Position numbers and translations under genes: made by a program. From assembly GCF_009914755.1 (NCBI RefSeq), contig NC_060947.1: a stretch of 64,000 nt of DNA. The stretch is one strand, 5' to 3'. Under the pieces are notes generated by a model. It saw nothing but the letters and a program-made list of their open reading frames with translations, had not been told where the DNA came from and ran no database searches. Positions 28,968 to 43,167 of the stretch are shown one piece after another. The stretch comes from the human T2T-CHM13v2.0 reference genome, Homo sapiens. The stretch's first letter is position 1. Each line of letters begins with the position of its first letter.

Positions 28968-29149
28968 AGTTTCTTTTCATTGACGAGGATTCCATTGTAT
29001 TGATGTGTCAAAATTTATTTAGACCATTGCCAGTTGATGAACATTTGAGTTGTTGGCAGTTTTTGGTGATTATCAATAAAGCTTCTATTTACATTCTATG
29101 GATCTATGTTTTTGCTTCCATTGGGCAAATACCTTGATAATCCCTGCAT

Positions 29150-29832
29150 AATTATTTAATATTACTAATATCAGAAGAGAGTTTAAGTTTTGGCAAGCTT
29201 TCAAGCTTACTGTGGTGGATACAAGTTTTTCAAAATATTGCTTTTTGCTAAAGACCTTGAATTTTATCATTGGTCATTATTGTCCTTGAAGTTATAGGCC
29301 CGTTTTGGTCACCTTCCAGAAACTATTTGCCAAACAACCAAATCTGACAAAGATATAGTTTGCTTGACAGTTGTTATTATCACGTGAATTTTCTGTGCCA
29401 TGACAAAAATGGCTAATTCAGGTTGCAACTAAAACAATCACACAAGTGCTTTTTCCTAATATAACCATCCTGCTTCTCCTGCCAGGTAAGTATTAACTAT
29501 CCTACTTCCATATGCAGTAGAAGTGTTTTATGAGTACTCTTCACGTGTTACACAGAATATTAAAAAGTTAGATCCTCATGGTCAAGATTAATTAGATTAA
29601 TAATTTCTTTTCTTCTTCAAGAATATTCGTAAGTGAAACTGATTTTTTTTTGTGTGTAACTGCTTTGATTCATGCTTAGACTCAGCAGTTTGTCCAACAT
29701 TAACTTTACACCACCATTGCTTCGCACAACAGAGAGGACAAATAGTGCTTTATTATTATCTGGAACATAGTTTTGACCTCATGGACCCCCTGAAAGGATG
29801 TTGAAGACTCCCACACTTTGAGAATGGTTGCT
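29150..29832. mobile_element. Charlie1-like hAT DNA transposon fragment
   Basis: 'gtggtggatacaagttttt' and terminal 'tttgacctcatggaccccctgaaagg...cacactttgagaatggttg'. Confidence 0.65.
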
Positions 29833-30169
29833 GCTGATAAATCATTGTCCATAGACTCCTGAAAGGCAGAGGATCTCTTTATAAAGTAATAAAATACTCT
29901 TTGGCAACTATATATAAATACCAAAGTACTAAAAATATATGATCTGTATGTTACATGTATGACATTTCCAATATCTTTTTTAAAATTTTAGTTACTGAGC
30001 TGAGGCTAGAGTTGCTTTATGCTGGCCTGTAAACATAATTAAGTTTCAGTGTTCTGTGTATTGAACAACTGAATGTACAGATGCTATCTGTGAGGTAAGG
30101 TTAATATTCCTATCTTACACATGAGGAATTTTTGCTTAAGGGAAGTTAATTAATTTTATAATATGTGAT

Positions 30170-32665
30170 TGTATTAGTTCTTTCCTCCATTGCTATAAAG
30201 AAATAGCTGAGACTGGGTAATTTATAAAGAAAAGAGGTTTAATTGACTCATGGTTCTGTAGACTAAACAGAAAGCATGTTGCTGACATCATCCTGGCATC
30301 TGAGGAGGCCTCAGGAAGCTTTTAAATCGTGAGAGAAGGTGAAGGGGAAGCCAGCAGGTTACATGACCAGAATGGGAGCAGGGGGAGTGGGGAGGTACCA
30401 CATATTCTTGAAGAATCAGATCTCATGAAAACTCACTCTCTATCATGATGACAGAACCAAGCTATGAGGGATGCACTCTCATGACCAAAACACCTCCTAC
30501 AAGGTCCCACCTCCAACACTAGAGGTTACAATCCAACATGAGATTTGGGTAGGGACAAATATCCAAACTATATTATTCCACCTCTGGTCCCCCAAAAATC
30601 TCATGTCCTTCTCATATTGCAAAATACAATCATGCCTTCCTAATAGTCCCTCAATATCTTAATTCATCCCAGCATTAAGTGAAAAATCCAAAGTCCAAAG
30701 TCTCATCTGAAATGAGGCAAGTCCCTTCCACGTATAAGCCTGAAAAATAAAAACAAGGTATTTACTTTCAAGATAAAATGGAGGTACAGGCATTGGATAA
30801 ACATTCTCATTCCAAAAGGGAGAAATTGGTCAAAAAAAAAAAAAAAAAAAAAAAGGCTACAGGGCCCATGCAAGTTTGAAACCAAGCAGGACGGTCATTA
30901 AACCTTACAACTCCAAAATAATCTCCTTTGACTCTGTCCAACATCTGGGGCACAGTGCTGTGAAGAGTGGGCTTCCAAGCCCTTGGGCAGCTCTGCCTCT
31001 ATGGCTTTTCAGGGCTCAGCCCCCCTTGGCTGCTCTTATTGGTTGTGGTTGAGTGCCTACAGCTTTTCCAGGTGAAGCATGCAAGCTGCCAGTGGATCTA
31101 CATTTCTGGGGTCTGGAGAATGGTGGCCTTCTTCTCACAGCTCCACTAGGCAGTTCCCCACTGGGGACTCAGTGTGGGGGCTCTAACCCCACATTTCCCC
31201 TTGCCACTACTCTGGTAGAGGTCCTCTGTGAGGGCCCTGCCCCTGCAGCAGGCTTCTGCCTAGGCACTCAGGTTTTCTTATACATCCTCTGTATGAGATG
31301 TATGAGAAATCTAGGCAAAGGCTGCCAAGCCTCCCTTCATTCTTGCACTCTGTAACCCTGCAGGCTTAACACCATGTGGTTGCTGTGAAGGCTTATGGCT
31401 TGTGTTCTACAAAATGGCAGCCTGAACTCTTGATTGGGCTTCTTTGAGCCATGGCTGGAGCTGGGATGGTCAGAATGTGAGGAGCCCTGTCCTGAGGCTG
31501 TGCAGGGGGTCAGTGGGCCCTCACCAATAAAACCATACTTAACTCCTAGGCCTCTGGGCTTATGATGGGAAGGGCTGCCACAAAAGTCTTTGAAATGCCT
31601 TCAATGCCTTTTTCCCATTGTCTTGGATATTAGCACTTGGCTCTTTGTTAGTTATGCAAATATGTCTAGCAAGTAGTTGTTCCACAGCCTGCTTGAATTC
31701 CTCTCCAGAAAAAGCTTTTCATTTCTTTGCCACATAGGTAGGCTGCAAATTTTCCAGACTTATCCTCTCCTTTCCTTTTAAATGTAAATTCCAACTTCGA
31801 GTCATTTATTTGGTCCTGCATCTGAGCATAGGTTGTTTGTTAGAAGCAGCGAGGTCAAATCTTGAATGCTTTGCTGCTTAGAAATGTATTCTGTCAGATA
31901 CCCTAAATCAGCATTCTGAAGTTCAAACTTCCACAGATCCCCAGGGCAGGGGCACAATGCAGCAAATCTCTTTGCTAAGATGCAACACACTTACTCTTTG
32001 CTCCAGTTCAAAATAAACTCCTCATTTGCATCTAAGACCTCTTCAGCCTAGATTTCACTGTCCATGTCACTATCAGCATTTTGGTTACAACCATTCAACT
32101 AGTTTCTAGGAAGTTCCAAACTTTTCCTCATCTTCCTATCTTATTCTGTGCCCTCCACACTCTTCCAACCTCTGCCTGTTACCCAATTCCAAAGTGGTTT
32201 CCACATTCTCAGGAATCTTTATAACAATGCTCCACTCCTAGGTACTAATTTTACGTATTAGGCCATTCTTGCATTGTTATAAACAAATACCTGAGGCTGG
32301 GTAATTTATATATATTAAAAAAAAAAGACATTTGATTGGCTCATGGTTCTGCAGACTGTATAGGAATCATGATGCCAGCATCCTCCTGGCTTCTGGGGAG
32401 GCCTCAGGAAGCTGTCAATCATGGGAGAACATGAAGGGGGAAGCAGCACATCACATGGCCAGAATGAGAGCAAGGTGAGGGGAGGTGCTACACACTCTTA
32501 AACAACCAGATCTCACAAGGACACACTTGCTATTGGGAGGACAGCACCAAGCCATGAGGGATAAGCTCTCAGGAGCCAAATACCTTCTACTAGGCCCCAC
32601 CTCCAAAACTGGGGAATACAATTCAACATGAGATTTTGGCAGAGACAAATATCCAAGCTATATCA
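30170..32665 (-). mobile_element. MST MaLR provirus: LTR 30170-30575, internal region, LTR 32254-32665; inserted into a MIR
   Basis: Two homologous LTRs (gtattag...ccaa(a/g)ctatat(t/c)a) flank ~1.7 kb of MST-int; MIR-like sequence on both sides (30085-30165, 32666-32700). Confidence 0.9.
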
Positions 32666-33584
32666 GGAGTTAAGATTCAAAGCCAGGTCTGTCAGAATTG
32701 AATATTTGGGCTCTTTTTGCTATAGCATGCTGCCTTCCTATCACATAAATAGTAACTCTGGAAATGAAGTGGGAATAATAATAGAAGTCAATAATGACAT
32801 GTACATATGAATATATTTCTATTCCTTTCATTTATAAAATATTGAATTTCACATTTTATATGAGGCTTAGCGTCAATGAGCTTTTCCATGGATGTTACTT
32901 CAAATTTATCTTATGATATCTTGTTCAGTTTGAAACCGGAGGCTTCTAACAACTGTCATTTTATCCAGTCATAAATTAGGGAAGTCAAAATTGATTAATT
33001 CATTCTTGTCACTGTTCTATCCTTAATCTTTCCAGTGATTTCTAAGCAATTTACTTTTAATTTGTTTAGTTTATGGAAATTGCTAGTAGTGGAATTATGT
33101 TTGAGATTTCCCCAAAAGAGAATTTTATTAAAGAACTGAGTTGGAAAAAAATTACATTCTTTAGAGACATATTGAGGCACAATTTCCCATAAATCCAGTT
33201 CATCTCTGGGTAATTATGGCCATGTCCTTCTGATACTGACAGAATTGGATATGACATAAGAGTTTGATTGATCTTATGATTTGTGATTCTTTTTGATGTC
33301 CCCACAAGTAGCACTCGTAGGGGAGTCAGTATTAATAAGATTCATTACTCATGGATCTATGCAAACAGGCTAGTGCATATCAAGATGAATATTTCATTTA
33401 GGGCAATGTGGGCTTGAGATGCAGGTTGAAGAGGTGGAATGATCAACTGAAATTGTATAGACTTCCTTCTATACTGAACACTCTGATCCAAATATAACTC
33501 TAAGCTTCTCATCCTACTTCTATGACTGTCTCTTTACTCTTTATCTGCTAGGTTATATAATGTAATCCATATCCTAAACATGGA

Positions 33585-33750
33585 CATTGGTACAGTGGAA
33601 AGAACACTTGGACAGGAATAGGATGACCTGAGAATTGAAATACTATACCTTAGTGTACTTCTCTTTTCTGTGCCTCACTTTTTGGTTGCTGTAAAAAAAA
33701 AAGAGGTTGGGCGAAATGAACTGAAATTCTTTTAACCTCTATCTTTGTGA
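33585..33750 (+). mobile_element. MIR fragment
   Basis: 'ggtacagtggaaagaacac...tctgtgcctcactttt...ctgtaaaa' MIR core. Confidence 0.6.
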
Positions 33751-35544
33751 CAGTGAGAAAAGGAGAAAAAACTTGCACTATAATATTTGCCTACAGAGTT
33801 AATCAAATTAGGAACCAAAGAATAATACTCTATAATTGTAGTTTTTTGGTAATCCTTATCAGACTTTTGTTTTCCAGCTTATGATAAAGTCATAGAGATC
33901 TTCATCCTTTGAGGGTGCTCATATAGCATTCATATACATTGAATCTAGCTAACTGTGTCTAAAACACCACCAACATAAAGTGTTAGTTCAATGGATGAAA
34001 ACATCAGCTCAACATTAGTTTAAAACATATGGCTACCCTCCAAAATTATTTGGATAAATTTTTCCTTTTTAATTGGCTGCTAGCCTGGTAAAGATGTAAT
34101 CTCAAATCAAAAGCCTCAATAATAAGAGAGAGCATGAAAACATTTATTAAAAGCTACTTTTTAAAAAATGGATGAAAACTTTAAAAAGGAACTACAGTAT
34201 AGAAAAATATGATGATATTAAAGTCCTGTAAACCAAAAGGCCAAAACAGGTTAAATATAATTTATGCTCACCAAATTGAGTCACTGTTTAGAATCTTGTC
34301 CTTTTCCCACGTGCAATCTTGGCTGCTAGAAACAATGATAGAATACATTGTTACTACATTGATCCACTAAATACCCTAATTGGCCCCAGGTATGCTGGGC
34401 TTTACTGGACAGCCCACTGAGTGCCAGCAGTTGACTAAAATGTTCTTATTCTGGGCCATCTGATAATGAGCAGGCGAGCCCGTTAATACATGTACCATTA
34501 TGGCCTGATTGTGAACATTTCAGTTTTAATGACATTTTACTTAGCAGGGACACATTTTTAGAACACTAATCAGTGCTTTGAAGTTTATTTATATTTAGCA
34601 TTCTTTGTTCTAAGTAGAAAACAAAACTATTAAAAAAAAACCACACAAAAGTTAAATGACCACCATTGTTGAGGATATCAATCAGACGACGGGAGAATGG
34701 TTACTATCTCAGGTTTCCAGGGATATTGAGATTAAACAACTTTTCTTATTATCTGTTGAGTCAGGCAGAAAATAAATTACAACACTGCTTTGGAAGTAGC
34801 AAGGACCACCACATTAAGTAAAAGGGGATTTCAGGAAGGAAGAAAGGTGGATACAGAATTTTCCTTGAAATAATTTTTATAAAAGACAAATACTAAATTA
34901 ATCACACTGTATATGATGATTTAAAATGAGGGCATTTTCAACCACCTTTCTGGATTTACATTTTATTTTATTGTATTCTCAGGGAAACAGATTGAAGTAT
35001 TGCTATAGATTATTGTAAACAATTTGAGAAAATAAATCTGAGTATGTGGAAGAAATTATTTCATAAGGCTGTAAAACTCTGAATAAAATAACTAAAAGCA
35101 TTATGAACTCACTTGAAGAACTGGGTTCATTGTAATCAATGCATATAGATACACGCAAACATGGACCAGAAGCATGAGCATAATACATGCAAATCTGTGT
35201 TTTCAAATATTAGTGGAAATACTGCTCGTCCAAGTCATTAACATTGTTAGTATGCTCTGTATTGCTGTGGAAGACTCGTTGACTAATGGGATATGTACAC
35301 CAAAAGTAATGTGAATATTTTCAGAAATTTGTACTTGTGAACTACAACATTGGCAAGTTTATTATAAAACATGTATAAGTCATAATATCTTCACTTAAAA
35401 AATTTAATATCCAAGGAAGGGGATTCTAACTAAAGGAAGCAGTTACAGCTTTAGTTCTCCAAATAAATAATAATAAGTACAGATTACTATAAGAGTGTTT
35501 AATGGGAAAATTGACTTATTCTGGGTTATCAGTGAAGATCTCTC

Positions 35545-35912
35545 TGTTATGGGAATAAGGCATATTAATTATTCATTCTTTTATGACTTTCGGAAGGGTT
35601 TGGCCAATGGAGGAACTCTAACAGATTAAAGAAAGGAAAAAATAAAGATATATTTATTCCCTCCGTTTTTTTCCCCCTGCATGGCTGCCTTAGGCTGTTT
35701 TTGTTCCTTGACCATCAGCCGCTACATATGTCCATCCCACACTTTCTACAGGATTCTCTCCCTCCTTCTTATCTCCTGGCCTAGGGGTGTTACTAGCCCT
35801 AAAATACTTCAGTGTCTCTTGTAGTTTCTCTAAAATGTGCCCACATCTTTGTAAATAGTCTCACAGTTAAGCCCTTTTTTATCCTAATTTGCTGTGTCCC
35901 TGATTAATAGAG
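35545..35912 (+). mobile_element. ERVL LTR fragment (LTR16/LTR33-like)
   Basis: 'gggtttggccaatggagg' and 'tgcccacatctttgtaaatagtc'. Confidence 0.5.
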
Positions 35913-35919
35913 GCTTTGT

Positions 35920-37170
35920 TAAGGTAGTTAAGCTGACACTAGTAAGATGACTAGAGGGTTGATAGGAAGAAAAATTTGCATGGAGGCATAAGAAGCAGAT
36001 TGCGAAAGGAGAATATTGTCAGAGTGGGACTTGCATATACGAAGTCTTTAAGGCAAAAATGAGAAACACATTTTAGAGATCAAATAAAGGTCAGTATGGT
36101 TGGAGCCTATGAGCTTATTATGATTATTCATTCTTATGACAAACATTCAGAGAGTTCCTTCTGCTATGTATTTGCTACTTCTAGAGGGAGATACTAGGGA
36201 CTAAAAGGAGGGATCAGACAAATTTGAACAGAATGTAGTTGTTATGGTAGAGACAAACGTGTTTGTTTCCTCCACTAGACTGCAGTGGAGTGATGATACA
36301 GGTTGTATAAAATGTTCTGGGATTATAATGAAGGGAAATATTAATTTTGACTAGAGGTATGTCTTATATATACAGTGATATTTGAGCTAGCATTCTAATA
36401 TTGAGTAGAAATTTAGCAGGCTGAATCCATTGCACATGGGATTTAACAGTAGACACCATTGATATATTCATTTGCTCAACAAATATGTACTTGAGTGGTT
36501 ACTATGTATGCCAGGAACTACTGTTCAAGCCACTGGAGATAAAACAGTACAAAGACTGACAGAATCCAAATTCTTATTAAGCTCATATTCTAGTGGAGGT
36601 GATTTAAATTAAACAAATCAATATATGTAATATAATTTCAGGTAGTAATATATGGTCTGAAGAAAAGTAAAACAGGATAATGAAATGAGAGTCCTGGAGT
36701 GGGTGTCTACAGCACTGTTTTAAACAGAATGATAATCTCATAAATGAAGCAGCAATGCAAGCAAAGATAAGGAGCAAGAATATTGGGGATCAGAAGAAAT
36801 ATCAAGTGAAAGACTGAAACAGGAAAACACTTGGGGGCATATTCAGAGAAAAGCAAATAAATCAATGTAGCTTTTAGGTATATGGCACAGGCTTTATGAT
36901 AAGTTAGGGACTAAATAAGAAGAGTCTTATACGCCACACCAAAGAATTTTTATTTTATTTTTTAAGTAATTGGGATCATCACTTGGTTTAAAGCAAACTT
37001 GACTGGAATCATCGTTGGCAATTTAGAAGATGATTTATCAAAGTAAAAAACTGAAGGCAAGTAATCAAGTTAGGAGGAGAGCAGACAGCATAGGCTACGA
37101 TATTTTCAGCCTATTTTAGGACAATGGCCATGACATGGGAGAGGACAGGGTGAATTCTAGATGTTATGCA
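35920..37170 (-). mobile_element. L2 fragments
   Basis: 'attcatttgctcaacaaatatgtacttgagt..actatgtatgccagg' (L2 3' end, antisense) and purine-rich body. Confidence 0.65.
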
Positions 37171-37175
37171 GAAAC

Positions 37176-37966
37176 TTTTCTTTAACTTTTATTTTAGGTT
37201 CAGGGGTACATGTGCAGCTTTGTTATATTATATTGGTAAACTGTGGGTCATGGGGGTTTGGTGTACAGGTTATTTTGTCACCCAGGTAATAGGCATAGTA
37301 CCAGATAGGTATTTTTTTCTGATATTCACCCTCCTCCCACTTTCCACCCTCAGTTAGGCCCACTTTCCACCCTCAGTTAGGTTCCCCTTTTTTGTCCTTG
37401 TGTTCTTGTTGTTTAGCTCCTACTTACAAATGAGAAAAAGTGGTATTTGGTTTTCTGTTCCTGCATTAGCTTGCTTAGGATAATGGCCTCCAGATCCATC
37501 CATGTTACCGTAAAGGACATGATCTTGTTGTTTGTTATGGCTGCATAGTATTCCACGGCGTATATGTACCACATTTTCTTTTCTTTATGCAGTCTACCAT
37601 TGATAGGCTTTCATGTTGATTCCATGTCTTTGCTATGGTGAATCATACTGCAGTGAACATACACGTGCATGTGTATTTATGGTAAAACAATTTATATTCC
37701 TTTGTATCCAACCCAATAATGGGATTGCTGGGTCAAATGGTAATACTGCTTTAAGTTATTTGAGAAGTAGCCATACTGCTTTCCACAATGGCTGAACTAA
37801 TTTATACTCCCCCCGGCAGTGTATAAGTATTCCCTTTTCTCTACAACCTTGGCAGCATCTGTTATTTTTTTGACTTCTTAGTAATAGCTATTCTGACCAG
37901 TGTGAGATGATATCTTACTGTGGTTTTGATGTGCATTTCTCTAAAGATTAGTGATGTTGGGCATTT
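37176..37966 (-). mobile_element. L1PA/PB 3' end, 5'-truncated
   Basis: 'ttttaggttcaggggtacatgtgcag' and 'gggattgctgggtcaaatggta'; TSD 'cagaaactt' on both sides. Confidence 0.9.
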
Positions 37967-38181
37967 CAGAAACTTGACAGGAATCTAGTAATGATGAAAG
38001 CAGAGATTTATATTTGTTTGTTTCTGTTTTGTTCATTGCAGCTTACCTAAGCATCAAGAACACAAGAATGTAATAGGTGCCCATTAACTATTTATTGGAT
38101 GAGTAGAAAATTTGGTGGCTGACTAGATGCTTTCAAGGAAAATTAATGAGAAGCATGTTTCAGGGCATAAGGATGATCAGG

Positions 38182-41022
38182 TGTATTAGTTTGTTCCTGC
38201 ATTGCTATAAAGAACTACCTGAGACTGGGTAATTTATAAACAAAAAGGGTTTAATTGACTCATAGTTTCATAGGCTGTACATGGCTGGGGAGGCCACAGG
38301 AAACTTACAATCACGGCAGATGGGGAAGGGGAAGCAGGCATATCTTACCTGACCAGAAAAGGAGGAAGAGAGTGAAGGGGAAGGTCCTACACACTTTTAA
38401 ACAATCAGATCTCCTGAGAACTTACTCACTATCATGAGAATAGCAAGGGGGAAATCCATCCCCATGATCCAATCACCTCCCTTCAGGCCCCTCTCTTAAC
38501 ACTGGGGATTACAATTCGACATAAGACTTGGGCAGGAACACAAATCCAAACTATACAATTCCGTCCTTAGCCCCTCCCAAAACTCATGTCCTTCTCACAT
38601 TACAAAATACAATCCTCCTTTGTCAATAGTCCTTCAAGTCTTAACTCATTTCAGCATTGACTCAGAATTCCATAGACCAAAGTCTCATCTGAAACAGGGC
38701 AAGTTGTTTCTGCCTATGAGCCTGTAAATCAAAAGCAAGTTAGTTAATTCTAAGATACAATGGAGGTATAGGCATTGGGTAAATACACCCATTCCAAGCA
38801 TGAGAAAATAGCCAAAACAAAGAGGTATGGATATTTGATAAACATTCCCATTCCAAAATGGAGAAATTGGCCAAAAGAAAAAGGCTACAGGCCCCATACT
38901 AGTCCAAGAAACACCAGGGCAATCATTAAATTTTAATGCTTCAAAATACTCTCCTTTGATTCCATGTCTCACATCCAGGCCACACGATGCAAGAGGGGGT
39001 CTCCCAAAGACTTGGGTAGCTCTGCCCTGTGGCTTTGCAGGGTATAGCCTCCTTGGCTGCTTTCATGGGCTGGCGTTGAGTACCTGTGGCTTTTCTAGGA
39101 GCCCAGTGAAGACTGTTGGTGGATCTAATATTCTGTGGTCTGGAGGATGGTGGCCCTCTTCTCGCAGCTCCACTAGGCAGTACCTGAGTGGGAACTCTGT
39201 GTGGGGGTTCCAATCCCATATTTCCCATCTGCACTGCCCCACTAGAGGTTCTCCATGAGGACTTTGCCCCTGCAGCAGACTTCTGCCTGGACATCCAGTT
39301 GGTTCCATACATCCTCTGAAATCTAGGCAGAAGCTCCCAAGCTTCAATTCTTTTCCTCTGAGCACTTGCAGGCTTAACACCACTTGGAAGCCTCCAAGGC
39401 TTATGGCTTGCACCCTCTGGAGCAGTGGCCTGAGACACATCTGGGACCCATTTAGCCATGGCTGGAGATGGAATGACTAGGATGCGGGGAGCAGTGACCT
39501 GAGGTTACATGTGGCAGCAGGGCTCTGGGCCCAGCCTGCAAAACTATTCTTCCCTCCTATGCCTCCAGGCCTATGATGAGAGGGGCTGCCAGTGAAGGTC
39601 TCTGAAATTCCTTTGAGGCATTTTCCTCATTGTCTTGGCTATTAACATTTGGCTCCTCTTCACTTACGCAAATTTCTGTAGCCAGCTTGAACTCCTCCCC
39701 AGAAAATTGTTTTTTTCTTTTCTACTACATGTGTAGGCTGCAAATTTTCCAAACTTTTACACTCTCCTTCTTTTTTCAATGTAAGTTATTGGTCCATGTC
39801 ACTTCTTTGCTCATGAATATAAGCTGAGGCTGCTGTAGCAGCCATGCCATATCTTGGAACTTTTTGCTGCTTAGAAATTTATTCTCCCAGATACCCTAAA
39901 TCATCACTCTCAAGTTTCATGTTCCACATATCTCTAGGGCAGGGTCACAATGCCTCCAATCTCTTTGCTAACACATAACAAAAGTGACCTTTGCTCCAGT
40001 TGTCAATAAGTTCTTCATCTCCATCTGAGTCCATCTCAGCCTGGTGTTCATTGTCCATATTGCTATCAGCATTTTGATCACAACAATTTGACAAGCGTCT
40101 AGGAAGCTCCAAACATTCCCTCATCTTTCTGTCTTCTTTTGAGCCCTCCAAACTGTTCTAACTTCTGCCTGTTACCCAGTTACAAAGTCACTGTATTAGT
40201 CTATTCTCACACTGCTATAAAAAACTACCCGAGACTGGGTAATTTATAAAGGAAAGAGGTTTAATTGGCTCAGGGTTCTGCAGGCTGTACAAAAAGCATG
40301 ATTGGCAGAGGCCTCAGGAAACTTAACAATCATGGTGGAAGGCATGGGGAGGTTGACATGTCCTACACCACTGGAGCAGGAGGAAGAGAGAGTAAAGGGG
40401 GAAGTGCTACACACTTTCAAACAACCAGACCTCATGAGAACTCTCACTCACCATGAGAACAGCAAGGGAGAAATCTGCTTCCATGATTCAATCACCTCCC
40501 ACCGGATCCCCCCCACCACCACAACACAGGGGATTACAATTCAACATGGTATTTTGATGGAGGCACAGAGCCAAACCGTATCAGTTGTTTCCACACTTTC
40601 AGGTATCTTTATAGCAATGCCCCACTTCCTGGTACCAATCTTCTGTATTAGTCCATTCTTGTATTGCTATGAACAACTACCTGTGACTGGGTAATTTATA
40701 AAGAATAGCCGTTTAATTGACTCACAGTTCCACAGGCTGCACAGGAAACACAGCTGGGGATGCCTCAGGAAACATACAATAATGGCAGAAGGCAAGGAAG
40801 CAGTCATGTCTTACACGGCTAGAGAAGGAGGAAGAGATCAAAGGGGGAGGTGCTAGACACTTTTAAACAAACATGTCGTGATAACTCACTCACTATCATG
40901 AGAACAGCAAGGGGAAAATCTGCCCCCATGAACCAGTCACCTCTCAGCAGCCCCTTCCTCCAACACTGGGGATTACAACTTGACATGAAATTTGGGTGAG
41001 GACACAAATCCAAACCATATCA
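38182..41022 (-). mobile_element. MSTA-like provirus: LTR 38182-38558, internal region, nested LTR 40192-40583, LTR 40644-41022
   Basis: Three homologous LTRs; MST-int ORFs 38941-39459; outer TSD TCAGG/CCAGG. Confidence 0.9.
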
Positions 41023-43167
41023 CCAGGCTTTCTAGTCGTGTGTCTAGGTGGAAGATGATACCATCAGTTAATTTAAGGTAGGGAAATCTCAAAAGAATAT
41101 GAAAAGGGAATGTGAAGGCGGGCAAAGAAGGATAATTGTGCCTTAATATTTTAGAAGTGAAACTGATTGGAAATGATTCCAAGTTATCTGTGTACATTTT
41201 ATACCTAACTTGTACACGTTTAACATGCTTACTGTAAGATTTCTTTCAGCATGAATAAGGTTACCCTTAAGGACCTGGATAAGCTTGTGATTTGCTGAGG
41301 CTCCTCTGGAGGGATTGTGCAAAGAAGCAGAATCATGGACATCAGTGGCAAGCTAAGGAGGTGACGACTGCTTCCACTTATTGGTGATGGTTAGAAAGTT
41401 GAGAAATAGACATCTCTGAAATGTTTGTTTTTATCTATTATTAATCCAAATACTGTATTTAGCTATGAGATGAGAGCCTCTGTGGATAGGCAAGGCTCTA
41501 TCCTGCAAAATGATTCAACAACCCACTTGGATGTCAGAGTAAATGTAAGGAGGGCGTGATATTAATCATATCAGGTAGAACCCTTCTCCTCCACTTTCTG
41601 AAAGCTTGTGGATCCTGTTGATCCCCCCACCAGGTACCTTTACTTGATGTTGAATTTATTGGGAAATGACGTTTATTCACTGAGATCAAAGAGTAATTTA
41701 GTACTTTCCAGTTTGGGTTAACAGTTCCTCTTGAAGAGAAACTTAAAAAGTTAAAAAGTGATTAGATCATTAATGATCAACTTTACCTTTTCATATTGTC
41801 TCCACCAGATACTCATCTTCTTTGCTCTATTGGTACAAAATCTTTTCAAGTTACAGTTTTACAAACAATAGTAATAACAGACAATTATTGCTAAGAAGAG
41901 TCATTATTTTCTAACACATTTTACTGTTTCAAATTTAATCTCTACAGATATAACCATTTGACAGCCTCTGGAGACAGAGAAGTAGGGGAAGTGGTACACC
42001 AGGAAGGAGAGGTGGCAGTGGAGCAGGCAGACAGCATAGAGCCAGAGCAGGAAATGTCACTGTGCTGTCCATGGGGCTTACCAGGCAGTCATCTAGGCAA
42101 TTGACTCTTACCAGAACCATGAGAATGCACTACTTCCTCAAGCTTCTCTTTCATTCCAGGGACTCCAAGGGCTTATCAGAATCTCCCCAAACAATTCATC
42201 TACTGATATACACAACTTTACCTTTCATTTGTCAAATAGGAGTAACTGTCAAGACAGAGCTGACCATACCCAACAAGCTTTCTAAAGCTGATACTTGTAC
42301 ACTTGATACAAGATAAAAAGATAGTGTGTAGAACAAACGGCTCTTATCAGGTAATACAAGTAAGAATGGCCTAGGCAGAAGAGGAATCCTGCAGTGAATA
42401 GTAAACAATTAGATAACCATGTGTGGAGTGCCAATGTGGAAAGCACCTCAAGCCATTCCAGATCCAATGCCCAAGTGGAAAAGAACAGCCTCCATTAATC
42501 TTGCATATACAACTCAAAAGTCAAGGGTCGCCAATGGTGTTCTCATGGGGCCATATAGACACAGGGTGATTCACTTCCTGGAACTGAAGGACTATGAAAC
42601 CAGAGTTGCTTGTTTCAATGCAGAAAGACAGCCTTCAAAAAATAACAAGAACTCACTTGGAAAAAATTATGTACCAGGTAGCCAATCTGAATACCAAGAA
42701 TATTTAATATGTCTTAAAAAATTATGTTTTCGAAGAGCTTCAAAGAGACTAGCCTAGACACAGTGGGCTAAACAGGCAGACATTGGAGTTGGTACTTTTC
42801 AGAAAAGTAGATCTATTTCAGAATGCTGCTAGTATCAATCACCCGGAATCATCTATAGTTCTAGTACAGATGACACATCATGTTCTCAGAAAGAGCTTTT
42901 CCATTTAGCTTTTATTGATCCCTTAAATAAATAATAAGTTAGAATATCTCTCTTGAAAATTATAGTACAGTCAACATCAAATGGTCATTTGAATAATACC
43001 AGTGAAAAATCTTCTGCAGGCGTTCTACCACCTTCTTCAGCTAATGCCAACCCCTCTTCACCACTGCCTGCAGCCCACCTTCCCATTTCAAAGCATCCCC
43101 TGCCTGTAAATTCCAATTGCCATTCTTGTAGAAAGACCTGGGATTCAATATCCATATGTTGACAGTT

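Noticed and set aside
37336-37381. 23-bp tandem duplication; similar small ones at ~6598-6633 and ~59042-59078
   Set aside because: Ordinary slippage duplications with no functional signal.
41780-42366. Plus-strand acceptor-like (41808, 41948) and donor-like (~42350-42365) sites
   Set aside because: Signals are moderate and do not define a convincing exon without transcript data.
42419-42757. 112-aa ORF in apparently unique sequence
   Set aside because: No recognisable domain and no supporting promoter or splice context; the length is compatible with chance.
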